Source: an uncultured Rubrivivax sp. (GTDB lineage Bacteria; Pseudomonadota; Gammaproteobacteria; Burkholderiales; Burkholderiaceae_C). Taken from it: DNA of 64,000 nucleotides. Below the pieces are notes generated by a model. The model saw only the letters and a program-made list of their open reading frames with translations. It was not told the DNA's origin and ran no database searches. The number at the start of each line of letters is the position of its first letter. Position 1 is the stretch's first letter. Made by a program: the position numbers and the translations under genes. The stretch is from the NCBI GenBank assembly GCA_964470565.1, contig CAYYDJ010000019.1, positions 15,472 to 79,471 on the forward strand, in the 5' to 3' direction. This document shows positions 18,897 to 30,296 of the stretch, one piece after another.

Positions 18897-21800
18897 CGCG
18901 GCACCTCCGGGTCGGCGGCGTGCCCGCCACGGTGCTCGGCATCGTGCAGCGCGTGCTGGTGCTGCCGCTCGCTGCCCTTGAAGAAGCGCCGCACGACCAC
19001 GAAGAACAGCGGCACGAAGAACACCGACAGCAGCACCGCGCTGAGCATGCCGCCGATCACGCCGGTGCCGATGGCGCGCTGGCTGGCCGAGCCGGCGCCG
19101 GTGGACAGGAACAGCGGCATCACGCCCAGGATGAAGGCCAGCGAGGTCATCACGATGGGCCGAAAGCGCAGGTGCGCGGCCGCCAGCGCGGCTTCGATCG
19201 GGTTCTTGCCCTGGGCCTGCTGGTCCTTAGCGAACTCGATGATCAGGATCGCGTTCTTGGCCGACAAGCCGATGATGGTGATCAGGCCGACCTGGAAGTA
19301 GACGTCGTTGGCATAACCGCGAAACAGAGTGGCCAGCACGACGCCCAGCACGCCCAGCGGCACGACCAGGATCACCGCGAACGGGATGCTCCAGCTCTCG
19401 TACAGCGCCGCCAGGCACAGGAACACCGCCAGGATCGCAAAGCCGTACAGCACCAGCGCCTGCGAGCCGGCGAGCTTCTCCTCGCGCGAGATGCCGGTCC
19501 ACTCGTAGCCGAAGCCTTCGGGCAACTGCGCGGCCAGGCGCTCCATCTCGGCCATCGCGGCGCCGGTGCTGTAGCCGGGCGCGGCCTGGCCGCCGATGCG
19601 CATCGCCGGGTAGCCGTTGTAGCGCACGGTCTGCATCGCGCCGGTCACCCAGCGCGTGACGGCAAAGGCCGACAGCGGCACCGGCTTGCCCTGGGCGTTG
19701 CTGACGGTCAGCGCCAGCAGGTCTTCGGGCTGCATGCGCGCCGGCGCGTCGGCCTGCACCACCACGCGCTGCAGGCGGCCGGCGTTGGGAAAGTCGTTGA
19801 CGTAGGCCGAGCCCAGGGCGGTGGAGATCACGGTGTTGATCGCGTCGAAGCCCACGCCCAGCGCCTGCGCCTTGTCGCGGTCGATGTCGAGCTGCAGTTG
19901 CGGCGCGTCTTCCAGCCCGTCGGGCCGCACCTGGGTCAGCACCGGGCTCCTGCCCGCCAGCCCCAGCAACTGGTTGCGCGCGGCCACCAGGGCGTCGTGA
20001 CCCTTGCCGCCGCGGTCCTGCAGCCGGAAGTTGAAGCCCGAGGCGGTGCCCAGCTCGGGGATCGGCGGCGGGCTCAAGGGGAAGACGATCGCGTCGCGGA
20101 TGTTGCTGAAGGCGCCGAAGGCCCGCCCGGCCAGCGCCTGCGCCGACTGGCCGGCCTGCTTGCGCTCGTCCCAGTCCTTCAGCGTCACGAAAGCCAGGCC
20201 GGCGTTCTGCCCCTGGCCCGAGAAGCTGAAGCCCAGCACGCCGACGATGGACTGCACCTCGGGCTGCTTGAGCATGAAGCTCTCCACCTGGCGGACGACG
20301 GCCAGCGTGCGCTCCTGCGTGGCGCCCGGCGGCAGTTGCACGCTGACCAGCAGGTTGCCCTGGTCCTCGGCCGGCAGGAACGAGGTGGGCAAGCGCAGGT
20401 AGACCCAGCCCACGGCCGCGATGATCACCGCGTAGACCAGCAAGAAGCGCCCGGCGCGGCGCAGCAGCCGTGACACCGTGCCTTCGTAGCCATGCGCCGT
20501 GCGCTTGAAGCCGCGGTTGAACCAGCCGAAGAAGCCGCGCTTCTCGATGTGGTGGCCGGCCTGCACGGGCTTGAGCAGCGTGGCGCATAACGCCGGCGTC
20601 AAGCTCAGCGCCATGAAGGCCGAGAAGCCGATCGAGGCCACCATCACCGCGGCGAACTGGCGGTAGATGTTGCCCACCGAGCCGCTGAAGAAGGCCAGCG
20701 GCACGAACACCGAGATCAGCACCACCGTGACGCCGACGATGGCGCCCGAGATCTGCCCCATCGCCTTGCGCGTGGCCTGCAGCGGCGGCAGCCCTTCCTC
20801 GCTCATGATGCGCTCGACGTTCTCGACCACCACGATGGCGTCGTCGACCACGATGCCGATCACCAGCACCATGCCGAACATCGTCAGCACGTTGATCGAG
20901 AAACCCAGTGCCAGCAGGACGGCGAAGGTGCCCAGCAGCGCCACCGGCACCACGATGGTGGGGATCACCGTGTAGCGCAGGCTTTGCAGGAACAGCAGCA
21001 TCACCAGGAACACCAGCCCCACCGCCTCGACCAGCGTCTCGGCCACCTGGGTGATCGAGATCCGCACGAAGCGCGAGGTGTCGAAGGGGATGCTGTAGCT
21101 CACGCCCTGCGGAAAGTAGCGCTGCAGCTCGTCCATCTTGGCGCGGATGGCCGCTGCGGTGGCCAGCGCATTGCCCGACGGCGAGAGCTGCACGCCGATG
21201 CCGGTGGACGGGTTGCCGTTGAGCCGCGCCGAGGTGGCATAGGCCTGGGCGCCCAGCTCGACGCGGGCCACGTCCTTCAGCCGCACGGTGGAGCCGTCGG
21301 CGTTGGCGCGCAGCACGATGTTGCCGAACTGCTCCACGCTCGCCAGCTGGCCGCTGACCACCACGGTGGCCGACATGCCCAGCCCCGGCACGTTGGGCAG
21401 GTCGCCCAGCGTCCCCGAGGCCACCTGCGCGTTCTGCGCGCGGATCGCGGCCACCACGTCGGCCGCGCCGAGATTCAGGCCCTGCAGCTTGGCGGGGTCG
21501 ATCCAGATGCGCATCGCGCGTTCGGTGCCGAACAGCTGCGCCTGGCCGACGCCGGGCACGCGCTGCAGTTCGGGCAGCACGTTGCGCGACGCGTAGTCGC
21601 CCAGGGCGATCGGGTCCCAGGCCGGGTTGTCGGACGACAGGATGGTGAACAGCAGGAAGTTGCTGCGCGACTTGTCGACCCGCACGCCCTGCTGCGTGAC
21701 GGCCACGGGCAGGCGTGGCGTGGCGCGCGACAGCCGGTTCTGCACGTCCACCTGCGCCAGGTCGGCGTTGGTGCCGGGCTGGAAGCTCAGCGTGATGTTG

Positions 21801-22063
21801 CCGCTGCCGTTGGCCTGCGCCACCGACTCCATGTAGATCAGGCCCGGCGCGCCGTTCATCTCGCGCTCGATCACCGCCAGCACGCTGTCTTCCAGCGTCT
21901 GCGCCGAGGCGCCGGGATAGCTGGCACTGACGACGATGGACGGCGGCGCCACCGGCGGGTACTGCGCGATCGGCAGCTGCGTGATCGCCACGCTGCCGGC
22001 CACCAGCACGAAGAGCGCGATCACCCAGGCGAAGATCGGGCGCTCGATGAAGAAGGGGGCCAT
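18893..22063 (-). CDS. RND multidrug efflux permease (AcrB/MexB family, HAE1)
   Basis: The start is MAPFFIERPIFAWVIALF, and the 1056-aa length fits a 12-TM protein. The upstream extension in the ORF track (to 22153) is rejected. Confidence 0.9.
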   Translation of the reverse strand: MAPFFIERPIFAWVIALFVLVAGSVAITQLPIAQYPPVAPPSIVVSASYPGASAQTLEDSVLAVIEREMNGAPGLIYMESVAQANGSGNITLSFQPGTNADLAQVDVQNRLSRATPRLPVAVTQQGVRVDKSRSNFLLFTILSSDNPAWDPIALGDYASRNVLPELQRVPGVGQAQLFGTERAMRIWIDPAKLQGLNLGAADVVAAIRAQNAQVASGTLGDLPNVPGLGMSATVVVSGQLASVEQFGNIVLRANADGSTVRLKDVARVELGAQAYATSARLNGNPSTGIGVQLSPSGNALATAAAIRAKMDELQRYFPQGVSYSIPFDTSRFVRISITQVAETLVEAVGLVFLVMLLFLQSLRYTVIPTIVVPVALLGTFAVLLALGFSINVLTMFGMVLVIGIVVDDAIVVVENVERIMSEEGLPPLQATRKAMGQISGAIVGVTVVLISVFVPLAFFSGSVGNIYRQFAAVMVASIGFSAFMALSLTPALCATLLKPVQAGHHIEKRGFFGWFNRGFKRTAHGYEGTVSRLLRRAGRFLLVYAVIIAAVGWVYLRLPTSFLPAEDQGNLLVSVQLPPGATQERTLAVVRQVESFMLKQPEVQSIVGVLGFSFSGQGQNAGLAFVTLKDWDERKQAGQSAQALAGRAFGAFSNIRDAIVFPLSPPPIPELGTASGFNFRLQDRGGKGHDALVAARNQLLGLAGRSPVLTQVRPDGLEDAPQLQLDIDRDKAQALGVGFDAINTVISTALGSAYVNDFPNAGRLQRVVVQADAPARMQPEDLLALTVSNAQGKPVPLSAFAVTRWVTGAMQTVRYNGYPAMRIGGQAAPGYSTGAAMAEMERLAAQLPEGFGYEWTGISREEKLAGSQALVLYGFAILAVFLCLAALYESWSIPFAVILVVPLGVLGVVLATLFRGYANDVYFQVGLITIIGLSAKNAILIIEFAKDQQAQGKNPIEAALAAAHLRFRPIVMTSLAFILGVMPLFLSTGAGSASQRAIGTGVIGGMLSAVLLSVFFVPLFFVVVRRFFKGSERQHQHALHDAEHRGGHAADPEVPR

Positions 22064-22079
22064 CCGGCTGACCTCGCGG

Positions 22080-23333
22080 TTAGCGCGACGCGGCGGACGC
22101 GGGGGTGGCCGCGGCTGCCGGCGCCGATGCGGCCGCTGCCGACGGCGCCGCACCCGGCGGCTGCCACGGCACCGGCTTGACCACGCTCTGGCCGGTCAGC
22201 TTCTGGAAGCCGTCCATCACCACCTGCTCGCCGGCCTTCAGCCCGTCCAGCACCACCCAGTTGCCGCCACGCGCGCCACCCAGCTTGACGGTCCGCGTGG
22301 ATAACTTGCCATCAGGAGCCACCACCCACACGCGGTCGCCGTCGCCGCCGCGCTGCACCGCCTGCTGCGGCAGCAGGATCGCGCCGTCGGCCTGCGCCAG
22401 CTCCAGCCGGCCGCGCACGTACATGCCCGGCAGCAGCAGGCCCTGCGGGTTGGGCACTTCGGCGCGCAGCGTGATCTGGCCCGACGTGGGGTCCACCGTC
22501 AGGTCGGAGAACAGCAGCCGCCCGGCCAGCGGGTAGGTGCTGCCGTCGTCCAGCTGCAGCCGCACCGCGGCGGCCTGCGCGCCGCTGGCGCGCTGCAACT
22601 GGCCGCCCGAGATGGCCGCGCGCAGGCGCAGCACCTCGGCCACCGGCTGCGTGAAGCTGACGTACATCGGGTCGATCTGCTGCACCAGCGCCAGTGGCGT
22701 GGCCTCGCCCTGGCCGACCAGCGCGCCCTCGGTCACCAGCGCGCGGCCGATGCGGCCGGCGATCGGCGCCGTCACCGAGGCGTAGCCGAGGTTGATCTGC
22801 GCGGCCTGCACGGCGGCCCTGGCGGCGGCCACGTCGGCCTCGCTTTGTTGGCGCGCGGCGGTGGCGGCCACGTAGTCCTGCTGGCTCATCGCCTGGCCTT
22901 CGTACAGCGGCTTGGCGCGCTCGGCGTTGGCGCGCGCCTGCAGCGCATTGGCCTCGGCGCGTGCCAGCGCGGCCTGCGCGCTGGCCAGCGCGGCGCGGTA
23001 GGGCGCGTCGTCGATCTGGAACAGCGGCTGGCCCGCGCGCACGTCGGAGCCCTCGCGGAACAAGCGCCGCTGCACGATGCCGGCGGCGCGCGCGCGCACC
23101 TGCGCCACGCGCGAGGCCTCGGTGCGGCCGGGCAGTTCGGTCATCAGGCCCACGGTGCCGGGGCTGACCGTGAGCACGCCCACTTCCGGCGGCGGCGGTG
23201 CCGCGCCGGCCCCGGGGCCGGCGGCCGCCGGCGCGGCCTTGTCGCCGCAGGCGGCCAAGGCCAGCAGTGCGGCGGCGAGCGTCAGCGCGCCCGCGCCACG
23301 GCGCGAAAGAAATGGGCGAGGGCACACGGGCAT
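22080..23333 (-). CDS. RND efflux periplasmic adaptor (membrane fusion protein, AcrA/MexA family)
   Basis: Lipobox LLALAACG, with coiled-coil and barrel segments (INLGYASVTAPIAGRIGR). Confidence 0.85.
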   Translation of the reverse strand: MPVCPRPFLSRRGAGALTLAAALLALAACGDKAAPAAAGPGAGAAPPPPEVGVLTVSPGTVGLMTELPGRTEASRVAQVRARAAGIVQRRLFREGSDVRAGQPLFQIDDAPYRAALASAQAALARAEANALQARANAERAKPLYEGQAMSQQDYVAATAARQQSEADVAAARAAVQAAQINLGYASVTAPIAGRIGRALVTEGALVGQGEATPLALVQQIDPMYVSFTQPVAEVLRLRAAISGGQLQRASGAQAAAVRLQLDDGSTYPLAGRLLFSDLTVDPTSGQITLRAEVPNPQGLLLPGMYVRGRLELAQADGAILLPQQAVQRGGDGDRVWVVAPDGKLSTRTVKLGGARGGNWVVLDGLKAGEQVVMDGFQKLTGQSVVKPVPWQPPGAAPSAAAASAPAAAATPASAASR

Positions 23334-23406
23334 GGCGGGTCGCTGGTTGTTCGCTCGAAGATCGCTGGTTGACCGCTTGTCCGGAGGCGGCGGCGCGGCT
23401 TACTAT

Positions 23407-23428
23407 ACATACAACGATGAATGTATGT
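23407..23428. promoter_or_regulatory. Candidate TetR operator: perfect 7-bp inverted repeat ACATACA-N8-TGTATGT
   Basis: It lies in the 105-bp divergent region between the adaptor gene and the TetR gene. It sits immediately after a possible TTGTCC-18-TACTAT promoter (23377-23406). Confidence 0.5.
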
Positions 23429-23438
23429 TGAGCGCGCC

Positions 23439-24071
23439 ATGGTCCGTCGCACCAAGCAGGAGGCCCTGGCCACGCGCCAGCAGATCATCGACGCCGCGCA
23501 AGCGCAGTTCCTGCTGCGCGGCGTGGCGCGCACCTCGCTGCAAGACATCGCCGCCGCCGCCGGGTTGACCCGCGGCGCGATCTACTGGCACTTCAAGGAC
23601 AAGGCCGAGTTGTTCGACGCGATGCTGGCGCGCGTGGTGCTGCCGATGGAGCAGGCCGTCGACCGCAGCGCCGACCCGGCCGTCGGCGATCCGCTGGCGC
23701 AGATCCGGCGCAGCCTGCTGGACTCGCTGCGCGCCACGGTCGAAGACCCGCAGACGCGCCGCGTCTTCGAGATCGCGTTGCAGAAGGTGGAGTACGTCGA
23801 CGAGATGAAGGCGGTGCGCGAGCGCCGCCTGGCCAGCCTGCGCGAGCGCAGCCGCCATCTCGAAGCCGCGCTGCGCCGCGCCCGCGCCCAGGGCCGCGTG
23901 GGCAGCCGCACCCCGGCGCGCGCTGCGGCGTTGGGGCTGCACGCGCTGGTCAGCGGGCTGATCCAGAACTGGCTGCTCGACCCCGCCGGCTTCGACCTGC
24001 AGCGCGTCGGGCGGCAGGCGGTGGACGCTTATCTGGCGGGGTTGCACCCGCGCGCGACAGCGCGGCGGTAA
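23439..24071 (+). CDS. TetR/AcrR family repressor of the adjacent RND pump
   Basis: MVRRTKQEALATRQQIIDAA...GVARTSLQDIAAAAGLTRGAIYWHFKDK is a TetR N-terminal HTH. The gene is divergent from the efflux operon. GTG 23421 is an alternative start. Confidence 0.85.
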   Translation: MVRRTKQEALATRQQIIDAAQAQFLLRGVARTSLQDIAAAAGLTRGAIYWHFKDKAELFDAMLARVVLPMEQAVDRSADPAVGDPLAQIRRSLLDSLRATVEDPQTRRVFEIALQKVEYVDEMKAVRERRLASLRERSRHLEAALRRARAQGRVGSRTPARAAALGLHALVSGLIQNWLLDPAGFDLQRVGRQAVDAYLAGLHPRATARR

Positions 24072-24085
24072 CCACCCCCCGCGCG

Positions 24086-24430
24086 CTACAGCGCCGCGGT
24101 GACCACCACTTCGACCTTCCACTCCGGCCGCGCCAGCGCGGCCTGCACGGTGGCGCGCGGCGGCGTGTTGCCGGGCACGACCCAGGCTTCCCACACCTCG
24201 TTCATCGCCGCGAAGTCGGCCAGGTCGGCCAGGAAGATCTGGCAGCGCAGGATCTTGCTCTTGTCGCTGCCGGCGCGCGCCAGCAGCTTGTCGACGGCGG
24301 CCAGCACCTGGCGCAGCTGGCCGCGGATGTCCTGGCTGGCATCCCCGGCCACCTGGCCGGCCAGGTAGCACACGCCGTTGTGCACGGCCATTTCCGACAT
24401 GCGGGGGCCGACGTCGAAGCGCTGAACCAT
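24086..24430 (-). CDS. RidA/YjgF family protein (114 aa)
   Basis: Recognisable motifs are AVHNGVCYLAGQVA, ILRCQIFLADLADFAAMNEVW and PPRATVQA. The start overlaps the plsY stop by 1 nt. Confidence 0.75.
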   Translation of the reverse strand: MVQRFDVGPRMSEMAVHNGVCYLAGQVAGDASQDIRGQLRQVLAAVDKLLARAGSDKSKILRCQIFLADLADFAAMNEVWEAWVVPGNTPPRATVQAALARPEWKVEVVVTAAL

Positions 24431-25068
24431 CACTTGTGTCCTCGGTGAGTGGGGGGTTGAACCTTCTGGCCCAGGCGCGCTTCGGTGCCGGCCATCAGCT
24501 TGCGGATGTTGCCTTGGTGGCGCCACACCAGCAGCAGGCTCATCAGGACGATGGGCAGCACCGTGGGCCCCGGGCCCCAGATCAACAGCTGGTAGAAGGG
24601 CGCGAACAGCGCCGCCGCCAGCGAGGCCAGCGACGAGTAGCGGAAGAAGGCCGCGATGATCAGCCAGGTGGCCAGCGTCGCCAGCCCCAGCAAGGGGTTC
24701 AGCGCCAGCAGCGCGCCGGCCGCGGTGGCCACGCCCTTGCCGCCTTGGAAGCGGAAGAACACCGGCCACAGGTGGCCGACGAAAGCCGCCAGCCCCACCC
24801 ACGCCGGCGTGCCCTCGCCGAACCCGAAGCGCGGTGCCAGCAACAGCGCGGCCAGCACGGGCAAGAAGCCTTTCAGCGCATCCAGCACCAGCGTGAGCAC
24901 CGCCGCGGCCTTGTTGCCCGAGCGCAGCACGTTGGTGGCGCCGGGGTTTTTCGACCCGTAGCTGCGCGGGTCCGACAAGCCCATCAGCCGGCTGACGATG
25001 ACGGCGAACGACAGCGAGCCCACGAGGTAGGCCAGCACGCAGGCGATGACGGAGGCGATCAGGTCCAT
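24430..25068 (-). CDS. plsY: Glycerol-3-phosphate acyltransferase PlsY
   Basis: Recognisable motifs are LVGSLSFAVIVSRLMGLSDPRSYGSKNPGATNVLRSG and GGKGVATAAG. Confidence 0.9.
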   Translation of the reverse strand: MDLIASVIACVLAYLVGSLSFAVIVSRLMGLSDPRSYGSKNPGATNVLRSGNKAAAVLTLVLDALKGFLPVLAALLLAPRFGFGEGTPAWVGLAAFVGHLWPVFFRFQGGKGVATAAGALLALNPLLGLATLATWLIIAAFFRYSSLASLAAALFAPFYQLLIWGPGPTVLPIVLMSLLLVWRHQGNIRKLMAGTEARLGQKVQPPTHRGHK

Positions 25069-25238
25069 GGGCGGCGGGCGAGTTTACGCTGGGCTCCGAT
25101 GGTGGCCTGCCTGCCCAAGGCGACCAGCTTGGCGAAATCCGGTAACGTCGTTTGCGCCACCGCATCTGTAGTCGTCGCTACGAGGTTGGCGTGAGCCGTT
25201 GATCGAGGCCTTCCAGCGCGACATCGCGAGGTCCCGAG

Positions 25239-25586
25239 ATGAAAACCGTGACGCTTGAGGTTCGAGAGCCCGAAGACACGATGGCCGAGTTCGTTCATGC
25301 CTGGAAGACGGGCAAGGCGTCCAGAGGCGACCGGATCTCCTTTGCGAGCCCCGAACTGCTGTGGAAGGTCTTGACCGCAAAGCGCTGGGAACTCCTGAAG
25401 GCCATGTGCGCTGCCGGCCCGATGTCGGTGCGCGACGCCGCCAGGCGCGTCGGCCGCGACGTCAAGGCCGTGCATGGTGACCTGACGGCGCTGTTTCATG
25501 CCGGCGTGCTGGCCCGCCGCGAGAGCGGTCAACTCGAGTTCCCGTACGACGCCGTCAAGGTCGAGTTTCTGCTCCAGGCGGCGTAG
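25239..25586 (+). CDS. Small winged-HTH DNA-binding protein, antitoxin-like, with no partner gene
   Basis: 115 aa. RWELLKAMCAAGPMSVRDAARRVGRDVKAVHGDLTALFHAGVL is a MarR/ArsR-like wHTH. No intact upstream ORF is present. Confidence 0.55.
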   Translation: MKTVTLEVREPEDTMAEFVHAWKTGKASRGDRISFASPELLWKVLTAKRWELLKAMCAAGPMSVRDAARRVGRDVKAVHGDLTALFHAGVLARRESGQLEFPYDAVKVEFLLQAA

Positions 25587-25598
25587 CCGGCGACCGGC

Positions 25599-27017
<1,419 letters not shown>

Positions 27018-27222
27018 CGGTAGAGGCCTTGCGAGAGGCCTTGGGGGTACGCAGCCGCTGTCGCCTGCAAAGGAGGCGATCCAGTCGAGGGGCGCGTGGC
27101 GTCGGAACATGAGCCGGGTTCGGCTGCCCGGCGGCCGACTGGGCGTCGCTGGGCGGGGCGGAGTGTACGCGCTGTTGGCAACGTCGGGCCGGGCCTGGCC
27201 GCGCCGGCGCGCCCAAGCGGCT

Positions 27223-27876
27223 TCAGCTCACCGCGTCGACCAGTCCCTGGGCCAGCGCATAGCGTGTCAAGCTGGCGACATCGTGCAGGTCCAGCCGCGC
27301 GATCAGCTCGGCGCGGTGGTACTCCACGGTCTTGATGCTGATGCCCAGGTCGCGCGCGATCTGCTTGTTGGAGCGCCCGCGTGCCAGTTGCGCCAGCACG
27401 TCGCGCTGGCGCGGCGTCAGCGCCGGGCCGGCGCGCTCGGCGGCCTGCAGCGCGGCCTGGATCGGCGGGCTGATCCAGCGCCGGCCCTGGCGCAGCGCGT
27501 CCAGCGCCTGCACCAGTTCCAGCCGCTCGAAGCCCTTGCTCATGAAGCCGTCGGCGCCGGCGCGCAGCGCGGCGCGCACCAGCGCCGGCTCGGCGCGCGC
27601 CGACACCGCCAGAAGCCGCAGCCGCGGCCATTGGCGGCGCAGCGCCTGCGCCAGGTCCAGCCCCGGCGGCGCACCGGCGCCGGGCGGCTCCAGCAGGTCC
27701 AGCAGCACCAGGTCGGGCGCGCGCTCGCGGCAGGCCGCCAGCGCGGCGTCGACGTCGGCCACCGCGCCCACGCAGGTCCAGCCCGGCAGGCCGGCCAGCA
27801 GCGCAGCCATCCCGGTGCGCGCCAGCAACTGCCGGTCGACCACCAGCGCCCGCTGCGCTGCGCCGCCGTCCATCAT
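27223..27876 (-). CDS. NarL/FixJ (LuxR-type) response regulator, orphan
   Basis: Receiver-domain motifs are [20 protein letters not shown] and FMSKG. The C-terminal LuxR HTH is [36 protein letters not shown]. Only the last 217 codons of the 1022-aa track ORF are used. Confidence 0.8.
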   Translation of the reverse strand: MMDGGAAQRALVVDRQLLARTGMAALLAGLPGWTCVGAVADVDAALAACRERAPDLVLLDLLEPPGAGAPPGLDLAQALRRQWPRLRLLAVSARAEPALVRAALRAGADGFMSKGFERLELVQALDALRQGRRWISPPIQAALQAAERAGPALTPRQRDVLAQLARGRSNKQIARDLGISIKTVEYHRAELIARLDLHDVASLTRYALAQGLVDAVS

Positions 27877-27938
27877 CTGCCGCCTCCGCAGGTCCGTTCG
27901 TTCGATACGGACCTCTATCGGCAGATGCGGCGCGAACT

Positions 27939-28355
27939 TCAGCCCATCGGCATCGGCTGGCGGTCGTTCAGCCGCAGCCAGCCGCGGCCGATGCGGTAGA
28001 TGGCCCAGATGCCCAGCAGCGCCATGCCCAGGATCCAGGTGCCGATGCCCACCAGCACGAAGGCCAGCGGGAACGACACCAGCGCCACCACCACCGCCCA
28101 GGCCAGCGCGAACCAGAAGGTGCGGATCTGCCACGAGAAGTGCGATTCCAGCCACGTGCCGCGCGCCTGGCCGCGGTAGATGTAGTTCAGGATCACCGCG
28201 ATGATCGACGGCCAGCCGAACAGGAACGAGCCCAGCACGGTGGCCGCGCTGAACGCGCCGATGGCCAGGCCCAGCGCATGCAGCGCGTAGACGATGTGCG
28301 TCACGCGCAGCACCGTGGCTTCGGGGGTGGCGGGGGTGATCAGGCTGCCGTTCAT
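27939..28355 (-). CDS. Small integral membrane protein (DUF4870-like, 138 aa)
   Basis: GGAGG Shine-Dalgarno sequence upstream of ATG 28355. There are four hydrophobic helices (HIVYALHALGLAIGAF, WPSIIAVILNYIY, and others). Confidence 0.55.
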   Translation of the reverse strand: MNGSLITPATPEATVLRVTHIVYALHALGLAIGAFSAATVLGSFLFGWPSIIAVILNYIYRGQARGTWLESHFSWQIRTFWFALAWAVVVALVSFPLAFVLVGIGTWILGMALLGIWAIYRIGRGWLRLNDRQPMPMG

Positions 28356-28552
28356 CAGGCCTCCAAGGGGCGAAGGGAAAGCGGTTGAAAGCGACCGCGG
28401 CCTCCATCTTGCCTCGCGGTGGGCGTATTTCAAGCCCGGCTGCGACGAAGGCCCTGCCAGTGCCCCCCAGCCGCCGCAGCGGGCGACGGCCGGGGATAAT
28501 CGCCGGTTTGGCCGCAAGGCCCCACCAGCCCCTACAGCACAGCAGCACCGCG

Positions 28553-28629
28553 ATGGCCCAGTACGTTTTAGCGAAGCAACTGCCCGCCCTTGGCGGCCTC
28601 CACTCACTTCGTTCGCGGAGGGCCATGTA

Positions 28630-28630
<1 letters not shown>
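28553..28630 (+). promoter_or_regulatory. Candidate leader ORF (25 codons, MAQYVLAKQLPALGGLHSLRSRRAM) overlapping the ettA start as TAATG
   Basis: Its first 18 nt match the ettA start at 15 of 18 positions and encode the same MAQYV. The ORF contains an anti-SD GGCCTCC (28595-28601) complementary to the ettA SD GGAGGGCC (28617-28624). Confidence 0.4.
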
Positions 28631-30294
<1,664 letters not shown>

Positions 30295-30296
30295 TC

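Noticed and set aside
25140-25238. A possible toxin-gene remnant upstream of the orphan wHTH gene (frame reading ...LIEAFQRDIARSRDENRDA).
   Set aside because: Only ~25 codons are open after an in-frame TAG, and there is no recognisable motif. I cannot distinguish it from noise without a TBLASTN search.
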